A stretch of DNA of 24,000 bases from Candidatus Caccopulliclostridium gallistercoris. GTDB taxonomy: Bacteria > Bacillota > Clostridia > Christensenellales > UBA1242. Shown piece after piece: positions 1-8,472 of this stretch. The stretch spans positions 39,839-63,838 of the forward strand of contig DVOJ01000014.1 in NCBI GenBank assembly GCA_018713725.1. The letters run 5' to 3'. The position numbers were made by a program, and so were the translations under genes. Position 1 is the first letter of the stretch. Every line of letters begins with the position of its first letter. Under the pieces are notes generated by a model that was not told the origin of the DNA, did not search any database, and saw only the letters and a list, made by a program, of their open reading frames with translations.

Positions 1-201
1 CGTAGCCCTTTCCATATCTAGCTCGTCTAAGCCCTGCATATAGTCTAGATACTGCTCCGTAATGTCAGCAAGCTTAACGTCCGCTATGTCCATTTTAGCT
101 TCTTTGATTAAATGCAATAATAAATCTAATGGACCTTCAAAGTTGTCCAATTTAAATTTATATTTGTCATCAAACAAGTTTTCCTGAATTATTTCTTCCA
201 T
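1..201 (-). CDS. scpA: Segregation and condensation protein A, N-terminal part (runs off the window edge)
   Basis: Minus-strand translation from ATG at 201..199 reads MEEIIQENLFDDKYKFKLDNFEGPLDLLLHLIKEAKMDIADVKLADITEQYLDYMQ..., containing the ScpA hallmark FEGPLDLLLHLI. The start overlaps the stop of the upstream M50 gene (TAATG). Confidence 0.93.
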   Translation of the reverse strand, partial: MEEIIQENLFDDKYKFKLDNFEGPLDLLLHLIKEAKMDIADVKLADITEQYLDYMQGLDELDMERAT

Positions 202-866
202 TATATGAACAGCCCCCAAAAGCCAAAAAATAAATTTTCAATTCCTGTTACAACATAGGAATAGAATAGGTCAAATATAGGTGTTATAATTATAATCAAA
301 AGTATAATAGACCCATATTTTTCCATAAAGGTCACAAATTTGTTATCGTATTTGCAAAAGCTTTTAATAAAGTTAAAACCATCTAGCGGATAGATTGGTA
401 GCAAGTTGAATATGGCAAGTGATATATTTACTACAAAGCTAAATAAAAGGAAATATTGTAAAAAGAAGAAAAATAGATTGTTAGGGTTCAATAGTAAACT
501 AAAATAAAATAGACCGCTAAATATAAACGCAAGTATGATATTAGTTAAAATTCCAGAAATTGAAACCCAAGCCATACCCGCTCTAAACTTCTTAAAACGT
601 AGTGGATTCACTTCCACAGGTTTTGCCCAGCCAAAGCCTACTAAAAGAAAGCATAACATACCAAGCCCGCTAATGTGAGCAAACGGATTTAAAGTTAACC
701 TACCCGTTAGCCTTGGAGTATCGTCCCCCATTTTTGTAGCAACAAAGGCATGAGAAAACTCGTGTGCAGTCATACCGATACACACAGACAAGAAATATGC
801 TACTATAAAAGCTAATATTGCCCAAACACTAAGCTCTCTGCTTAAAGACAAGAGAAAGTAAATCAT
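201..866 (-). CDS. Site-2 protease family (M50) membrane metalloprotease
   Basis: HEFSH (HExxH) motif, NPDG-like PLDG motif near the C-terminus, multiple transmembrane segments. Confidence 0.9.
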   Translation of the reverse strand: MIYFLLSLSRELSVWAILAFIVAYFLSVCIGMTAHEFSHAFVATKMGDDTPRLTGRLTLNPFAHISGLGMLCFLLVGFGWAKPVEVNPLRFKKFRAGMAWVSISGILTNIILAFIFSGLFYFSLLLNPNNLFFFFLQYFLLFSFVVNISLAIFNLLPIYPLDGFNFIKSFCKYDNKFVTFMEKYGSIILLIIIITPIFDLFYSYVVTGIENLFFGFWGLFI

Positions 867-874
867 ACCTATTT

Positions 875-903
875 ATTATATATTAATAATAAATATAAAT
901 CAA
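875..903 (-). promoter_or_regulatory. Candidate sigma-A promoter for the M50-scpA unit: TTGATT (903..898) - 17 nt - TATAAT (880..875)
   Basis: Direct hexamer reading on the minus strand; the -10 ends 8 nt before the ATG. Confidence 0.6.
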
Positions 904-917
904 GGATTTTGATTTGT

Positions 918-946
918 TTGACGAAGAAAACTTTTTGTAGTAAAAT
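918..946 (+). promoter_or_regulatory. Candidate promoter for fabG-like gene: TTGACG (918..923) - 17 nt - TAAAAT (941..946)
   Basis: Near-consensus hexamers with 17-nt spacer, 7 nt before the ATG at 954. Confidence 0.65.
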
Positions 947-953
947 AAATTTT

Positions 954-1688
954 ATGAAAGAAAAAACTGTTTTAATAACTGGTGCATCCAGAGGAATTGG
1001 CGCAGAATGTGCTAGGCTTTTTGCTAAAAACGGATATAACGTTGCTTTTTGTTATAATAAATCTATTAAACTTGCCGAAGAGCTTTATAACGAACTTTTA
1101 ACTTATAGCGTAAAAGTCTACTACGAAAGAGCTGACGTAAGCAAAGCGCACGAATTAAAAAACTTTATAGAAAACTCTATTAAAACGTTTAAACAAATAG
1201 ACGTTTTAATAAACAATGCCGGCATAGACCTTCAAAAACTTTTTATAGACTGCAACGAAGAAGACTACAACTATATTTTTGACACCAATTTTAAAAGTAT
1301 GGTAGTAGCAAGCAAACTAGTTTTAAAAAATATGCTAGATTTTAAAGCTGGCAAAATTATAAATATATCTTCAATTTGGGGATTAACTGGCGGAGCTTGT
1401 GAAGCTTTATATTCTGCTTCAAAGGCAGCAGTTATTGGGCTTACAAAAGCTCTTAGCAAAGAATACGGCAGAATGAATATAACGGTAAACGCAATTGCTC
1501 CCGGATATATTCAAACGGATATGAATAAAAATGTAAGCAAAAACGACGCAGAAGCTTTTAAAGAAAGTACAAGCCTAAATAAGCTTGGAACGCCGCAAGA
1601 CGTGGCCGAACTTGCCCTATTTTTAGCTAGCGAAAAGGCCAGCTATATAACTGGCCAAATAATAAATGTTGACGGCGGATTAATCTAG
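954..1688 (+). CDS. fabG: 3-oxoacyl-ACP reductase / SDR family oxidoreductase
   Basis: TGASRGIG cofactor motif, NNAG, S...YSASKAA catalytic motif, and NAIAPGYIQTDM. ORF track starts at 909 (TTG), but homology starts at MKEKTVLITGASRGIG (954). Confidence 0.9.
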   Translation: MKEKTVLITGASRGIGAECARLFAKNGYNVAFCYNKSIKLAEELYNELLTYSVKVYYERADVSKAHELKNFIENSIKTFKQIDVLINNAGIDLQKLFIDCNEEDYNYIFDTNFKSMVVASKLVLKNMLDFKAGKIINISSIWGLTGGACEALYSASKAAVIGLTKALSKEYGRMNITVNAIAPGYIQTDMNKNVSKNDAEAFKESTSLNKLGTPQDVAELALFLASEKASYITGQIINVDGGLI

Positions 1689-2339
1689 TTTAATATTTTT
1701 TAAAATCTCTTCTACAACCTCGTTTATAGTAAGATTTGTAGTGTCTATTTTGATAGAATCCTTAGTGCAAACAAGCGGCGCAACTTTTCTAGTTGTGTCG
1801 TTTTTATCACGTTCTATGATATCGTCGTAAATCTCTTTATATTCTACCTTTTCGCCGCGGTCTATTCTTTCCTTATAGCGTCTTTTTGCTCTTTCTTCAG
1901 GGCTTGCGTCTAAGAAAAATTTGTTTTTACTATCCTTTAAAACATTGCTTGTGATATCTCTTCCCTCTACCACAAGATTTTCCTTTCTAGCTAGTTCTCG
2001 TTGTAAATCTATTATACTTTCTCTAACTTCACGATAAGCAGACGTAACAGAAGATAGCATGTCCATTTCTTCCGTTCTTAAATATGGCGAAACATCTTCT
2101 CCGTTTAAATAAGTGTGTTGAACGCCGTCTAAAAACTTTACGTCTATTTTAATTTTACTAAGTAAGTTTTTTACTTGCTCAATATCCTTTATATCTATTT
2201 TAGCCCTAGAGCAAGCCACTGCTATTGCCCTATAAAGCGCGCCCGTATCTAAACAATGCCACCCTAAGCTTTTTGCCACAAGCTTAGAAACCGTACTTTT
2301 CCCTACACCAGCAGGGCCGTCTATTGCAACACTTAACAT
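1680..2339 (-). CDS. cmk: (d)CMP kinase
   Basis: IDGPAGVGKSTVSKLVAKSLGWHCLDTGALYRA and VVEGRDITSNVLKDSKNKFFLDASPEERAKRR. SD AGGAG upstream. Confidence 0.95.
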   Translation of the reverse strand: MLSVAIDGPAGVGKSTVSKLVAKSLGWHCLDTGALYRAIAVACSRAKIDIKDIEQVKNLLSKIKIDVKFLDGVQHTYLNGEDVSPYLRTEEMDMLSSVTSAYREVRESIIDLQRELARKENLVVEGRDITSNVLKDSKNKFFLDASPEERAKRRYKERIDRGEKVEYKEIYDDIIERDKNDTTRKVAPLVCTKDSIKIDTTNLTINEVVEEILKNIKLD

Positions 2340-2347
2340 AATTTCTC

Positions 2348-3289
2348 CTATAAATTGTTTTTTACATTTTTTATAAAATCTAGCGTGTCAAAAAGGCTAA
2401 ACTGCAAACGCTCATCTTTAAACATAGGTTTAGTTTTGTCTAAAATTGAAACAAAATCTTGCCACCTTGCATTATTTAAAAAGTTTATAGACCTTATAAA
2501 AACTTCGTAAATATCATCACTTTCAAAAATGTTGTCTGGTAAGTTGTAAATTAAACTTTCTACAAAAGGTTGATAAAGCGCTTTGTTATATAAGTTAAAG
2601 TAAAGCATGTTATAAATTTTAATTAAATTTAAAACTTTATCTTCCTTTCCACTTGCCATCTCTTTTAAATTTTCAAAACGCTCGGTAAAATTATACTCAA
2701 AGAATTTGTTTAAAATTTTATTATAAACGGAATAAGTGTTTTCTTTCTTTATTGCAGGATAAACGTTCACAGGAAAGCTAAAATCGTCACCCGTAATGCT
2801 TACAACTGCATTTGTAGAACTTACAATTGAAAGCGGAGTTATATAGTTAGAAATAGTGTTAACTAAATCTAAACAAAGGTCGTTTATATCGTACTTTCCT
2901 TTTAACTGAGCGTTAAGCGTGGTTTGCTCAGTAATGTTTTTATTGCGTCTTTTTCTTTTCTTTTTTATTCTAGATTTCTTCCACGCAAACTTTAAACGCT
3001 CCCAAAAGGATTTAAATTTATTTTTAACAACTTTAACTGTATTTAATTCAATTTGTGGACTTTTTATAACTAAAAAAACGTCTAGGCTAGAAATAGGAGT
3101 TATTGCGCCAGTTGCGAACTCATTTATTGGAACAACTTGTATGCCCTTACTAATTATGGCATTTTTTTTGCTTAGGTCTGTTATAGAAGACGTCAAAATC
3201 TGAACTAATCTAGAACAATTTTCATCTATTAAATCTTGACTTACGTTTTCTGTAAAGCCTAAAATCGTTCCCTTATCAAAAACTCCCAT
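2348..3289 (-). CDS. Uncharacterised protein; possible divergent/inactive nucleotidyltransferase-fold (CD-NTase/OAS-like) protein
   Basis: 313 aa with SD AAAGGAG. TGAITPISSLDVFLVI resembles the Gx..PxSDxDxxL active-site loop, and VVSITGDDFSFPVNVYPA resembles the third-carboxylate strand. Basic insertion KKSRIKKKRKRRNKN between them. Confidence 0.45.
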   Translation of the reverse strand: MGVFDKGTILGFTENVSQDLIDENCSRLVQILTSSITDLSKKNAIISKGIQVVPINEFATGAITPISSLDVFLVIKSPQIELNTVKVVKNKFKSFWERLKFAWKKSRIKKKRKRRNKNITEQTTLNAQLKGKYDINDLCLDLVNTISNYITPLSIVSSTNAVVSITGDDFSFPVNVYPAIKKENTYSVYNKILNKFFEYNFTERFENLKEMASGKEDKVLNLIKIYNMLYFNLYNKALYQPFVESLIYNLPDNIFESDDIYEVFIRSINFLNNARWQDFVSILDKTKPMFKDERLQFSLFDTLDFIKNVKNNL

Positions 3290-3298
3290 ATTTCTCCT

Positions 3299-4573
3299 TT
3301 AAGGTTTTATAACTTTAATTCCACCCATAAATGGCACTAAAACTTCTGGCACTGTGACGCTGCCGTCCTCATTTTGATACTGCTCTATTATTGCTGGGAA
3401 TAATCTAGACGTAGCTAGTCCTGAAGCGTTTAAAGTGTGGCAATATTTTGTTTTATGCGTTTCTTTATCACGGTACCTTATAGCGCCGCGTCTTGCTTGA
3501 TAATCGTTAGCATTACTTACAGAAGAAACTTCCTTGTAGATGTTCATGCTTGGAATCCAAACTTCAATATCGTACGTTCTAGCCATAGAATGAGAGCAAT
3601 CCCCTGCTGCAAGCTTAGAAATTTGGAAATGTAAACCCAATTTTTCTACTAAGCTACTAGCCTTATTTACAAGCTCTTCAAAGCTTTGTTTAGAGTTTTT
3701 TTCCGTGGCATAGTGAACCATTTCAACTTTATTGAACTGGTATCCTCTAACCATGCCCCTTTCTTCCGTTCTATAACTACCAGCTTCGCATCTATAACAA
3801 GGAGTGTATGCAAAATATTTTTTAGGAAGCTCGTCTTCTTCTAATATTTCATTTCTGTGTAAGTTTACAAGGGCTGTTTCTGCCGTAGGCAAAATAAACT
3901 TTCTAGGCTCTTGATTTTCAAGCCAGAAAACGTCTTCTTTAAATTTTGGGAACTGTCCTGCTACAAATCCAGATTCATAATTCAAAAGATGTGGTGGCAA
4001 AATAAATTCGTAACCATCTTTTAAATGTTCTGAAATAAAGTAGTTTATAAGAGCCCATTCAAGCCTTGCCCCTAACCCTTTATATATCCAAGTTCCGCGG
4101 CCACTTATTTTTGCAGCTCTTGCATAGTCTATTATGCCAAGTTTTTCGCAAAGTTCTACATGGTCTTTTGGCTTAAAACTAAACTCAGGTTTCTTACCAA
4201 CCGTTTTTATAACCTTATTGTTTTCCTTTTCGCCAGGAAGAAGGTCGTCGTCTGGCATATTTGGAAGCGGACTTACAAAGTCGTCTATTTCTTTTTCACA
4301 AGCCTTTAATTCTTCGTCTAAACCTTCTATTTCAGCATTAAGCTCTTTTACCTTTGCAAAAATAGCGTTAATATCTCCACCTTGTTTTTTAACAACAGGC
4401 ACAGAAGCGGATAGTTTATTCTTTTCATTCTTTAAAGCGTCAGCTTTTACAATTAGCTCTTTTCTTTTGTCTATTAAGCTAATTAAATTTGTAAAGTCTA
4501 CGTCCCACCCTTTTTTCTTTAATGCATTCTTAACATACTCTGGGTTTTCTCTAATTAAATTTAAATCTAACAT
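3299..4573 (-). CDS. serS: Seryl-tRNA synthetase
   Basis: MLDLNLIRENPEYVKNALKKKG N-terminus, class II motifs FTPCYRCEAGSYRTEERGMVRGYQFNKVE and LNASGLATSRLFPAIIEQYQNEDGSVTVPEVL. Start set at 4573 because AAAGGAG lies just upstream; ORF track extends to 4633. Confidence 0.97.
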   Translation of the reverse strand: MLDLNLIRENPEYVKNALKKKGWDVDFTNLISLIDKRKELIVKADALKNEKNKLSASVPVVKKQGGDINAIFAKVKELNAEIEGLDEELKACEKEIDDFVSPLPNMPDDDLLPGEKENNKVIKTVGKKPEFSFKPKDHVELCEKLGIIDYARAAKISGRGTWIYKGLGARLEWALINYFISEHLKDGYEFILPPHLLNYESGFVAGQFPKFKEDVFWLENQEPRKFILPTAETALVNLHRNEILEEDELPKKYFAYTPCYRCEAGSYRTEERGMVRGYQFNKVEMVHYATEKNSKQSFEELVNKASSLVEKLGLHFQISKLAAGDCSHSMARTYDIEVWIPSMNIYKEVSSVSNANDYQARRGAIRYRDKETHKTKYCHTLNASGLATSRLFPAIIEQYQNEDGSVTVPEVLVPFMGGIKVIKP

Positions 4574-4604
4574 GTTTTCTCCTTTTAAACTTTTATTAAA
4601 AATA

Positions 4605-4633
4605 AATATATCACAACAAAAATCTTTTGACAA
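4605..4633 (-). promoter_or_regulatory. Candidate serS promoter: TTGTCA (4633..4628) - 17 nt - TATATT (4610..4605)
   Basis: Hexamer reading on minus strand. Confidence 0.5.
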
Positions 4634-4655
4634 CTTTTTTAAAAGAGTTTAAAAT
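4627..4655 (+). promoter_or_regulatory. Candidate xer promoter: TTGACA (4627..4632) - 17 nt - TAAAAT (4650..4655)
   Basis: Consensus -35, 17-nt spacer, 6 nt before the ATG. Confidence 0.7.
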
Positions 4656-4661
4656 ATATTT

Positions 4662-5693
4662 ATGAGTTCAAATTACTTTTTAGATAGAGACAAGAATAAC
4701 ATCGAAAAGCTTTCTAGATATTTAGAGAGCTTACCTAAGTTCTGTTATAATTATTTCTTAGATTTAGAGCCTTATACGTCCACACTTTCAAGGCTTAACT
4801 ATGCCATGGATTTAAGAGTGTTTTTTGACTTTTTGGCAAAGTATAAATTTATGTGCAAACCTACCGATATAACGGAAGAACATTTAAATAAAGTTACTTC
4901 GCAGGATATAACGTCCTATTTAAGTTACCTTTCCTACTACACTTTTAATGGAAAAAATTGTAAAAATGGAGAAAAAGGCAAAGCTAGAAAACTTTCTAGC
5001 ATTAGAAGCCTTTTTAAATATCTCTTTAATAAAGAAAAAATTTCTTCTAATGTAGCTAGTAAAGTAGCTACGCCTAAAATTCACTCTAAAGACATTTTAA
5101 GGCTTGAAGTAGACGAGGTTGGCAGACTAATAAATCAAGTAGAAAACCCAAGCCTTCTCACAAAACAGCAACAAGGTTTTAACAAGCACACGCAAGAGCG
5201 TGACGTAGCTATGCTTACCCTATTTTTAGGCACAGGTATTCGTGTTAGCGAATGTGTTGGCTTAAATGTTGAAGATATAGATTTTGACAACAACGCCTTT
5301 AAAATTACGCGCAAAGGCGGAAATCAAGTTATTTTATATTTTGGTGAGGAAGTAAAAGAAGCACTTTTAAAGTGGCTAGAAGTAAGAAATCAGAAAAAAC
5401 TTCCGGAAAGCGAAAAAGCGCTATTTATATCTTTACAAAATAGGCGCATAACAGTTCGAGCAGTTGAAAACCTGGTAAAAAAATATTCTCGAGCTGTTAC
5501 CCCATTAAAAAAAATTTCTCCGCACAAACTAAGAAGCACATACGGCACCAACCTTTATAGAGAAACTGGCGATATTTACATAGTAGCCGACGTTCTTGGC
5601 CATAAGGACGTTAACACAACTAGAAAGCACTACGCAGCAATCAGCGAAGACAAACGCCGCTCTGTTGCAGACATTGTAAAATTAAGAAATTAA
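4662..5693 (+). CDS. Tyrosine recombinase, XerC/XerD type
   Basis: GTGIRVSECVGL, KKISPHKLRSTYGTNLY (HxxR), LGHKDVNTTRKHY (catalytic Tyr), and SAM-like N-terminal domain. Confidence 0.93.
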   Translation: MSSNYFLDRDKNNIEKLSRYLESLPKFCYNYFLDLEPYTSTLSRLNYAMDLRVFFDFLAKYKFMCKPTDITEEHLNKVTSQDITSYLSYLSYYTFNGKNCKNGEKGKARKLSSIRSLFKYLFNKEKISSNVASKVATPKIHSKDILRLEVDEVGRLINQVENPSLLTKQQQGFNKHTQERDVAMLTLFLGTGIRVSECVGLNVEDIDFDNNAFKITRKGGNQVILYFGEEVKEALLKWLEVRNQKKLPESEKALFISLQNRRITVRAVENLVKKYSRAVTPLKKISPHKLRSTYGTNLYRETGDIYIVADVLGHKDVNTTRKHYAAISEDKRRSVADIVKLRN

Positions 5694-5705
5694 AACAAAT
5701 GTTTG
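5692..5705. promoter_or_regulatory. Candidate LexA (SOS) box AAAACAAATGTTTG overlapping the lexA -35
   Basis: Imperfect match (10/14) to the Bacillus-type CGAACATATGTTCG palindrome. Arms AAACA/TGTTT are perfectly symmetric. Confidence 0.4.
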
Positions 5706-5731
5706 ACAAATTTTTAAATTTATGCTAATTT
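5703..5731 (+). promoter_or_regulatory. Candidate lexA promoter: TTGACA (5703..5708) - 17 nt - TAATTT (5726..5731), TGn-extended
   Basis: Hexamer reading; TGC precedes the -10. Confidence 0.5.
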
Positions 5732-5751
5732 AATAGCAAGAAGGAGTACCC

Positions 5752-6366
5752 ATGAAAAAAAGCGAAGTTAATCTTGCTAAACTTTTAACATACTTAAAAA
5801 ACTACCAGTGTCAACATGGATACACGCCTAGTTATAGAGAAATGCAAAGCTATTTAGGGCTAAAATCTGTAAACACTGTAGATTATTACATAAATAAATT
5901 AGTTGAAAGAGATTTAATAAGAAAAAACCCATTAAGAAAAAGGGCCATTGAAATTGTAGACGACACAAAAATGCTAAAAAATAGCATGGAAATGACAAGG
6001 CTGCCACTTTTAGGAAAAATTGCTGGTGGGCAACCAATATTAGCTGAAGAAAATTTAATTGAAACCTATGCAATTTCAAAAAACTTTTTTGGAACTGAAC
6101 AAGATTTATTTCTTTTAAAAGTTGTTGGCGATAGCATGAAAGAAGGCGGCATAGCAAATGGCGATACTATTATAGTAAAGGTTCAAAACACAGCTGAAGA
6201 TGGAGATATAGTAGTTGCAAGAGTAGACTCTGGTACAACAGTTAAAAAATTTTATAGAGAAAAAAATGGCTACAGATTGCAGCCGCAAAATCAGTTATAC
6301 TTCCCTATTTATACTCACAAAGTTGAAATACTAGGTAAAGTTATAGGCGTAATAAAAAGGTTTTAA
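5752..6366 (+). CDS. lexA: LexA repressor
   Basis: N-terminal winged HTH (GYTPSYREMQSYLGLKSVNTVDYYINKL), C-terminal S24 peptidase with VVGDSMKEGGIANGD (catalytic Ser) and ARVDSGTTVKKF (catalytic Lys). SD AAGGAG. Confidence 0.95.
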   Translation: MKKSEVNLAKLLTYLKNYQCQHGYTPSYREMQSYLGLKSVNTVDYYINKLVERDLIRKNPLRKRAIEIVDDTKMLKNSMEMTRLPLLGKIAGGQPILAEENLIETYAISKNFFGTEQDLFLLKVVGDSMKEGGIANGDTIIVKVQNTAEDGDIVVARVDSGTTVKKFYREKNGYRLQPQNQLYFPIYTHKVEILGKVIGVIKRF

Positions 6367-6367
6367 C

Positions 6368-6404
6368 AATAAAAATTCACCAGCTTAGCTGATGAATTTT
6401 TATT
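6368..6404. terminator. Bidirectional intrinsic terminator between lexA and the MBL-fold gene
   Basis: AATAAAAATTCA-c-CAGC-TTA-GCTG-a-TGAATTTTTATT: 12-bp outer plus 4-bp inner stem, with A/T tracts on both sides. Confidence 0.8.
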
Positions 6405-7164
6405 ATTTTGACTGTTCGCCTTCTTTAACTTTTTTAGCTTCTTTAGGAAGCTCTTTTTTAATGTTAGAAATTTTAGTTTTTTCAGGAGCTACTACAGTTT
6501 CAACAACCTTCAAACCTTCTTCCCTAGCAATTTCTAGCATTCTTTGGCTTTCCATATGCATTAAGAAAACTTGTTGTTTCTTAATTTTATTCTTCTTTAT
6601 AATCTCTTTAACCTTCTTGATATCCATGTGAAGCTTGTTGCCAGACTCTGAGCAATCTAAATAATATTCGTCGTAGTTTGGAATATCAAAAGGAATATTA
6701 GAGCAATCTCCACTATAAAATATTTTCTTATTATTAAAGTTAATTTCAAGAGCGCAAGAATCCATATCCTTTGCGTGCGGAACTAAAAGCACGTTAACCC
6801 ATTTAAAGTTTTTGGATAGCGGTTCAACAAAGTTAAAATCTCTACCTTCCTTTAACCCTAATTTTTCTACCTTTCCACCTTGTAAGCTTATGGTATTTAA
6901 AAGATAAGGTTTAATTTTTAATTCATCGTTACAATAATCAAAGAAAGCTGGAAGGTCTGCAACGTGGTCGTTATGACAGTGTGTTACAATTTGATAAACC
7001 TTTTTAACGCCTTTCATAATGCCAGACCTTTTAATTGCATCTAAAACGCCGTTTCCGCAATCTATTAAAACAAGTACGCTGCCCTTTTTAAAATACGCAC
7101 TATTGTTTACTTCCGTTTTATTGAAAGCAGAGCCCCTGCCTAAAAATTTTAATGTTTGACTCAT
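6403..7164 (-). CDS. MBL-fold metallo-hydrolase (ribonuclease Z-like)
   Basis: THCHNDHVADLP (HxHxDH-like) motif, YYLDCSESG, HMESQRM. Start assigned to MSQTLKFLGRGSAF (7164), preceded by AAGGAG. Confidence 0.8.
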   Translation of the reverse strand: MSQTLKFLGRGSAFNKTEVNNSAYFKKGSVLVLIDCGNGVLDAIKRSGIMKGVKKVYQIVTHCHNDHVADLPAFFDYCNDELKIKPYLLNTISLQGGKVEKLGLKEGRDFNFVEPLSKNFKWVNVLLVPHAKDMDSCALEINFNNKKIFYSGDCSNIPFDIPNYDEYYLDCSESGNKLHMDIKKVKEIIKKNKIKKQQVFLMHMESQRMLEIAREEGLKVVETVVAPEKTKISNIKKELPKEAKKVKEGEQSK

Positions 7165-7182
7165 AATTTTCTCCTTGGAATA

Positions 7183-7212
7183 ATTATAAACCATTCAAAT
7201 TTGATTTGTCAA
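7183..7212 (-). promoter_or_regulatory. Candidate promoter for MBL-fold gene: TTGACA (7212..7207) - 18 nt - TATAAT (7188..7183)
   Basis: Both hexamers match consensus; predicted leader about 12 nt with SD. Confidence 0.65.
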
Positions 7213-7236
7213 TCAATAATAGAATTTATTTAAAGA

Positions 7237-7262
7237 AAAAGAGTGTAAACTTACACCCTTTT
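7237..7262 (-). terminator. Intrinsic terminator of the D-Ala-D-Ala carboxypeptidase gene, overlapping its stop codon
   Basis: Minus strand AAAAGGGTGTA-AGTT-TACACTCTTTT, 11-bp stem with one G-U, followed by U-rich sequence. Confidence 0.75.
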
Positions 7263-8412
7263 ACCATTTTGATATAACTTTTTTAATGCTATCTTTATAA
7301 GATAACGCTTTTATATCTTCTTTTATAATTAAATTAATCTCTTCCTTAACCTGACCATCTTTTATAACTGTTAAAGTTCCTATTCTGTCACCAGCCTTAA
7401 TTGGAGCCGAAACATTTTCATCAATGTTTATTTCTGTTTTAAAAGCGTCGTCTTCCCCTTTCTTACAAAGTCCGTAATAAGATTTTTCCGCATAGTAGTC
7501 TGCTTCATTTATTTTTGCTTTCTTTACTTCAATTTTTCCTAATGGCATTTCACTTGAAACAATGTTTTTATTTTCAAAATTTGCAAAACCATAGTTGAAT
7601 AAACTTGCACTTTCGTTAAATCTGTCTTGCCCTGTTTTTGCGCCTATAACAACGCTTATAAGCCTCATATCTCCACGTTTTGCCGAAGCGCAAAGGCAGT
7701 ACCCAGCTTCGCTTGTAGAGCCCGTTTTTCCAGCGTCACAACCTTTATAATATCTTGTAAGTTTATTAGTGTTTACAAGTTCTGTTTTTCTACCCGATGG
7801 GTGCACAAGTTCGTCCATCCAAATAGTGCTATATTTAAAATAGATATCATGTTTTAAAAGTTCTTTCATTAAAGTTGACACGTCGCGCGCTGAAGAGTAT
7901 TGCTCTGGCTCAGGAAGTCCTGTACAGTTAGCATAAAGCGTATTCGTCATGCCAAGATTTTTAGCCCTTTCATTCATCTTTTTAACAAAGGTGTCTTCTG
8001 AACCTGAAATGTGTTCAGCTAATGCTACGCTGGCATCGTTAGCAGACGCCATAATAACGCTTTTAATCATTTGCTCCGCAGAATACGTAACATATGGGTC
8101 TATAAACACCTGCGAGCCACCCATACCTGATGCATTTTCCGTTGTAGTTATTTTTGTATCTAAGGCTAAATTACCCTTATCCATCTCTTCAAAAGTTAAA
8201 AGAAGAGTCATCATTTTAACCATACTAGCTATTGGAAGCTTTTCATCGGCGTTGTTTTCTTCTAAAACTTCGCCCGAAGAATAGTCGATAAGTATGCTAG
8301 ATTTTGCCGTAATAGGCTCGTCAGCATAAGCAAAATTAGCTTGCGTAATACCGCTTAATGGTATTATGCAAATGCATAGTACACAACATATTGTGATTAA
8401 TAACTTTTTCAC
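7261..8412 (-). CDS. D-alanyl-D-alanine carboxypeptidase (PBP5/DacF family, S11)
   Basis: Signal peptide, ASMVK (SxxK), SAND (SxN), GCDAGKTGST (KTG). Likely GTG start at 8412 with GAGG six nt upstream; ORF track starts at TTG 8439. Confidence 0.93.
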   Translation of the reverse strand: MKKLLITICCVLCICIIPLSGITQANFAYADEPITAKSSILIDYSSGEVLEENNADEKLPIASMVKMMTLLLTFEEMDKGNLALDTKITTTENASGMGGSQVFIDPYVTYSAEQMIKSVIMASANDASVALAEHISGSEDTFVKKMNERAKNLGMTNTLYANCTGLPEPEQYSSARDVSTLMKELLKHDIYFKYSTIWMDELVHPSGRKTELVNTNKLTRYYKGCDAGKTGSTSEAGYCLCASAKRGDMRLISVVIGAKTGQDRFNESASLFNYGFANFENKNIVSSEMPLGKIEVKKAKINEADYYAEKSYYGLCKKGEDDAFKTEINIDENVSAPIKAGDRIGTLTVIKDGQVKEEINLIIKEDIKALSYKDSIKKVISKW

Positions 8413-8472
8413 TACCCACCTCGAATTTTTATTATTCAAGGTTAGTTTTTTACATTTTTTATATTTTATACA

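Noticed and set aside
2348-3289. CBASS-type defence operon around the nucleotidyltransferase-like gene
   Set aside because: Neighbours are cmk and serS, with no effector, E1/E2/JAB or HORMA/TRIP13 genes, and two predicted catalytic carboxylates are missing.
4134-4652. Plus-strand 172-aa ORF antisense to serS
   Set aside because: Fully overlaps the confident serS coding frame; low-complexity Ser/Phe-rich translation typical of antisense shadow ORFs.
4662-5693. Mobile element or integron/genomic island associated with the tyrosine recombinase
   Set aside because: No cargo, att-like repeats or transposase nearby; flanked by serS and lexA, consistent with a chromosomal Xer-type recombinase.
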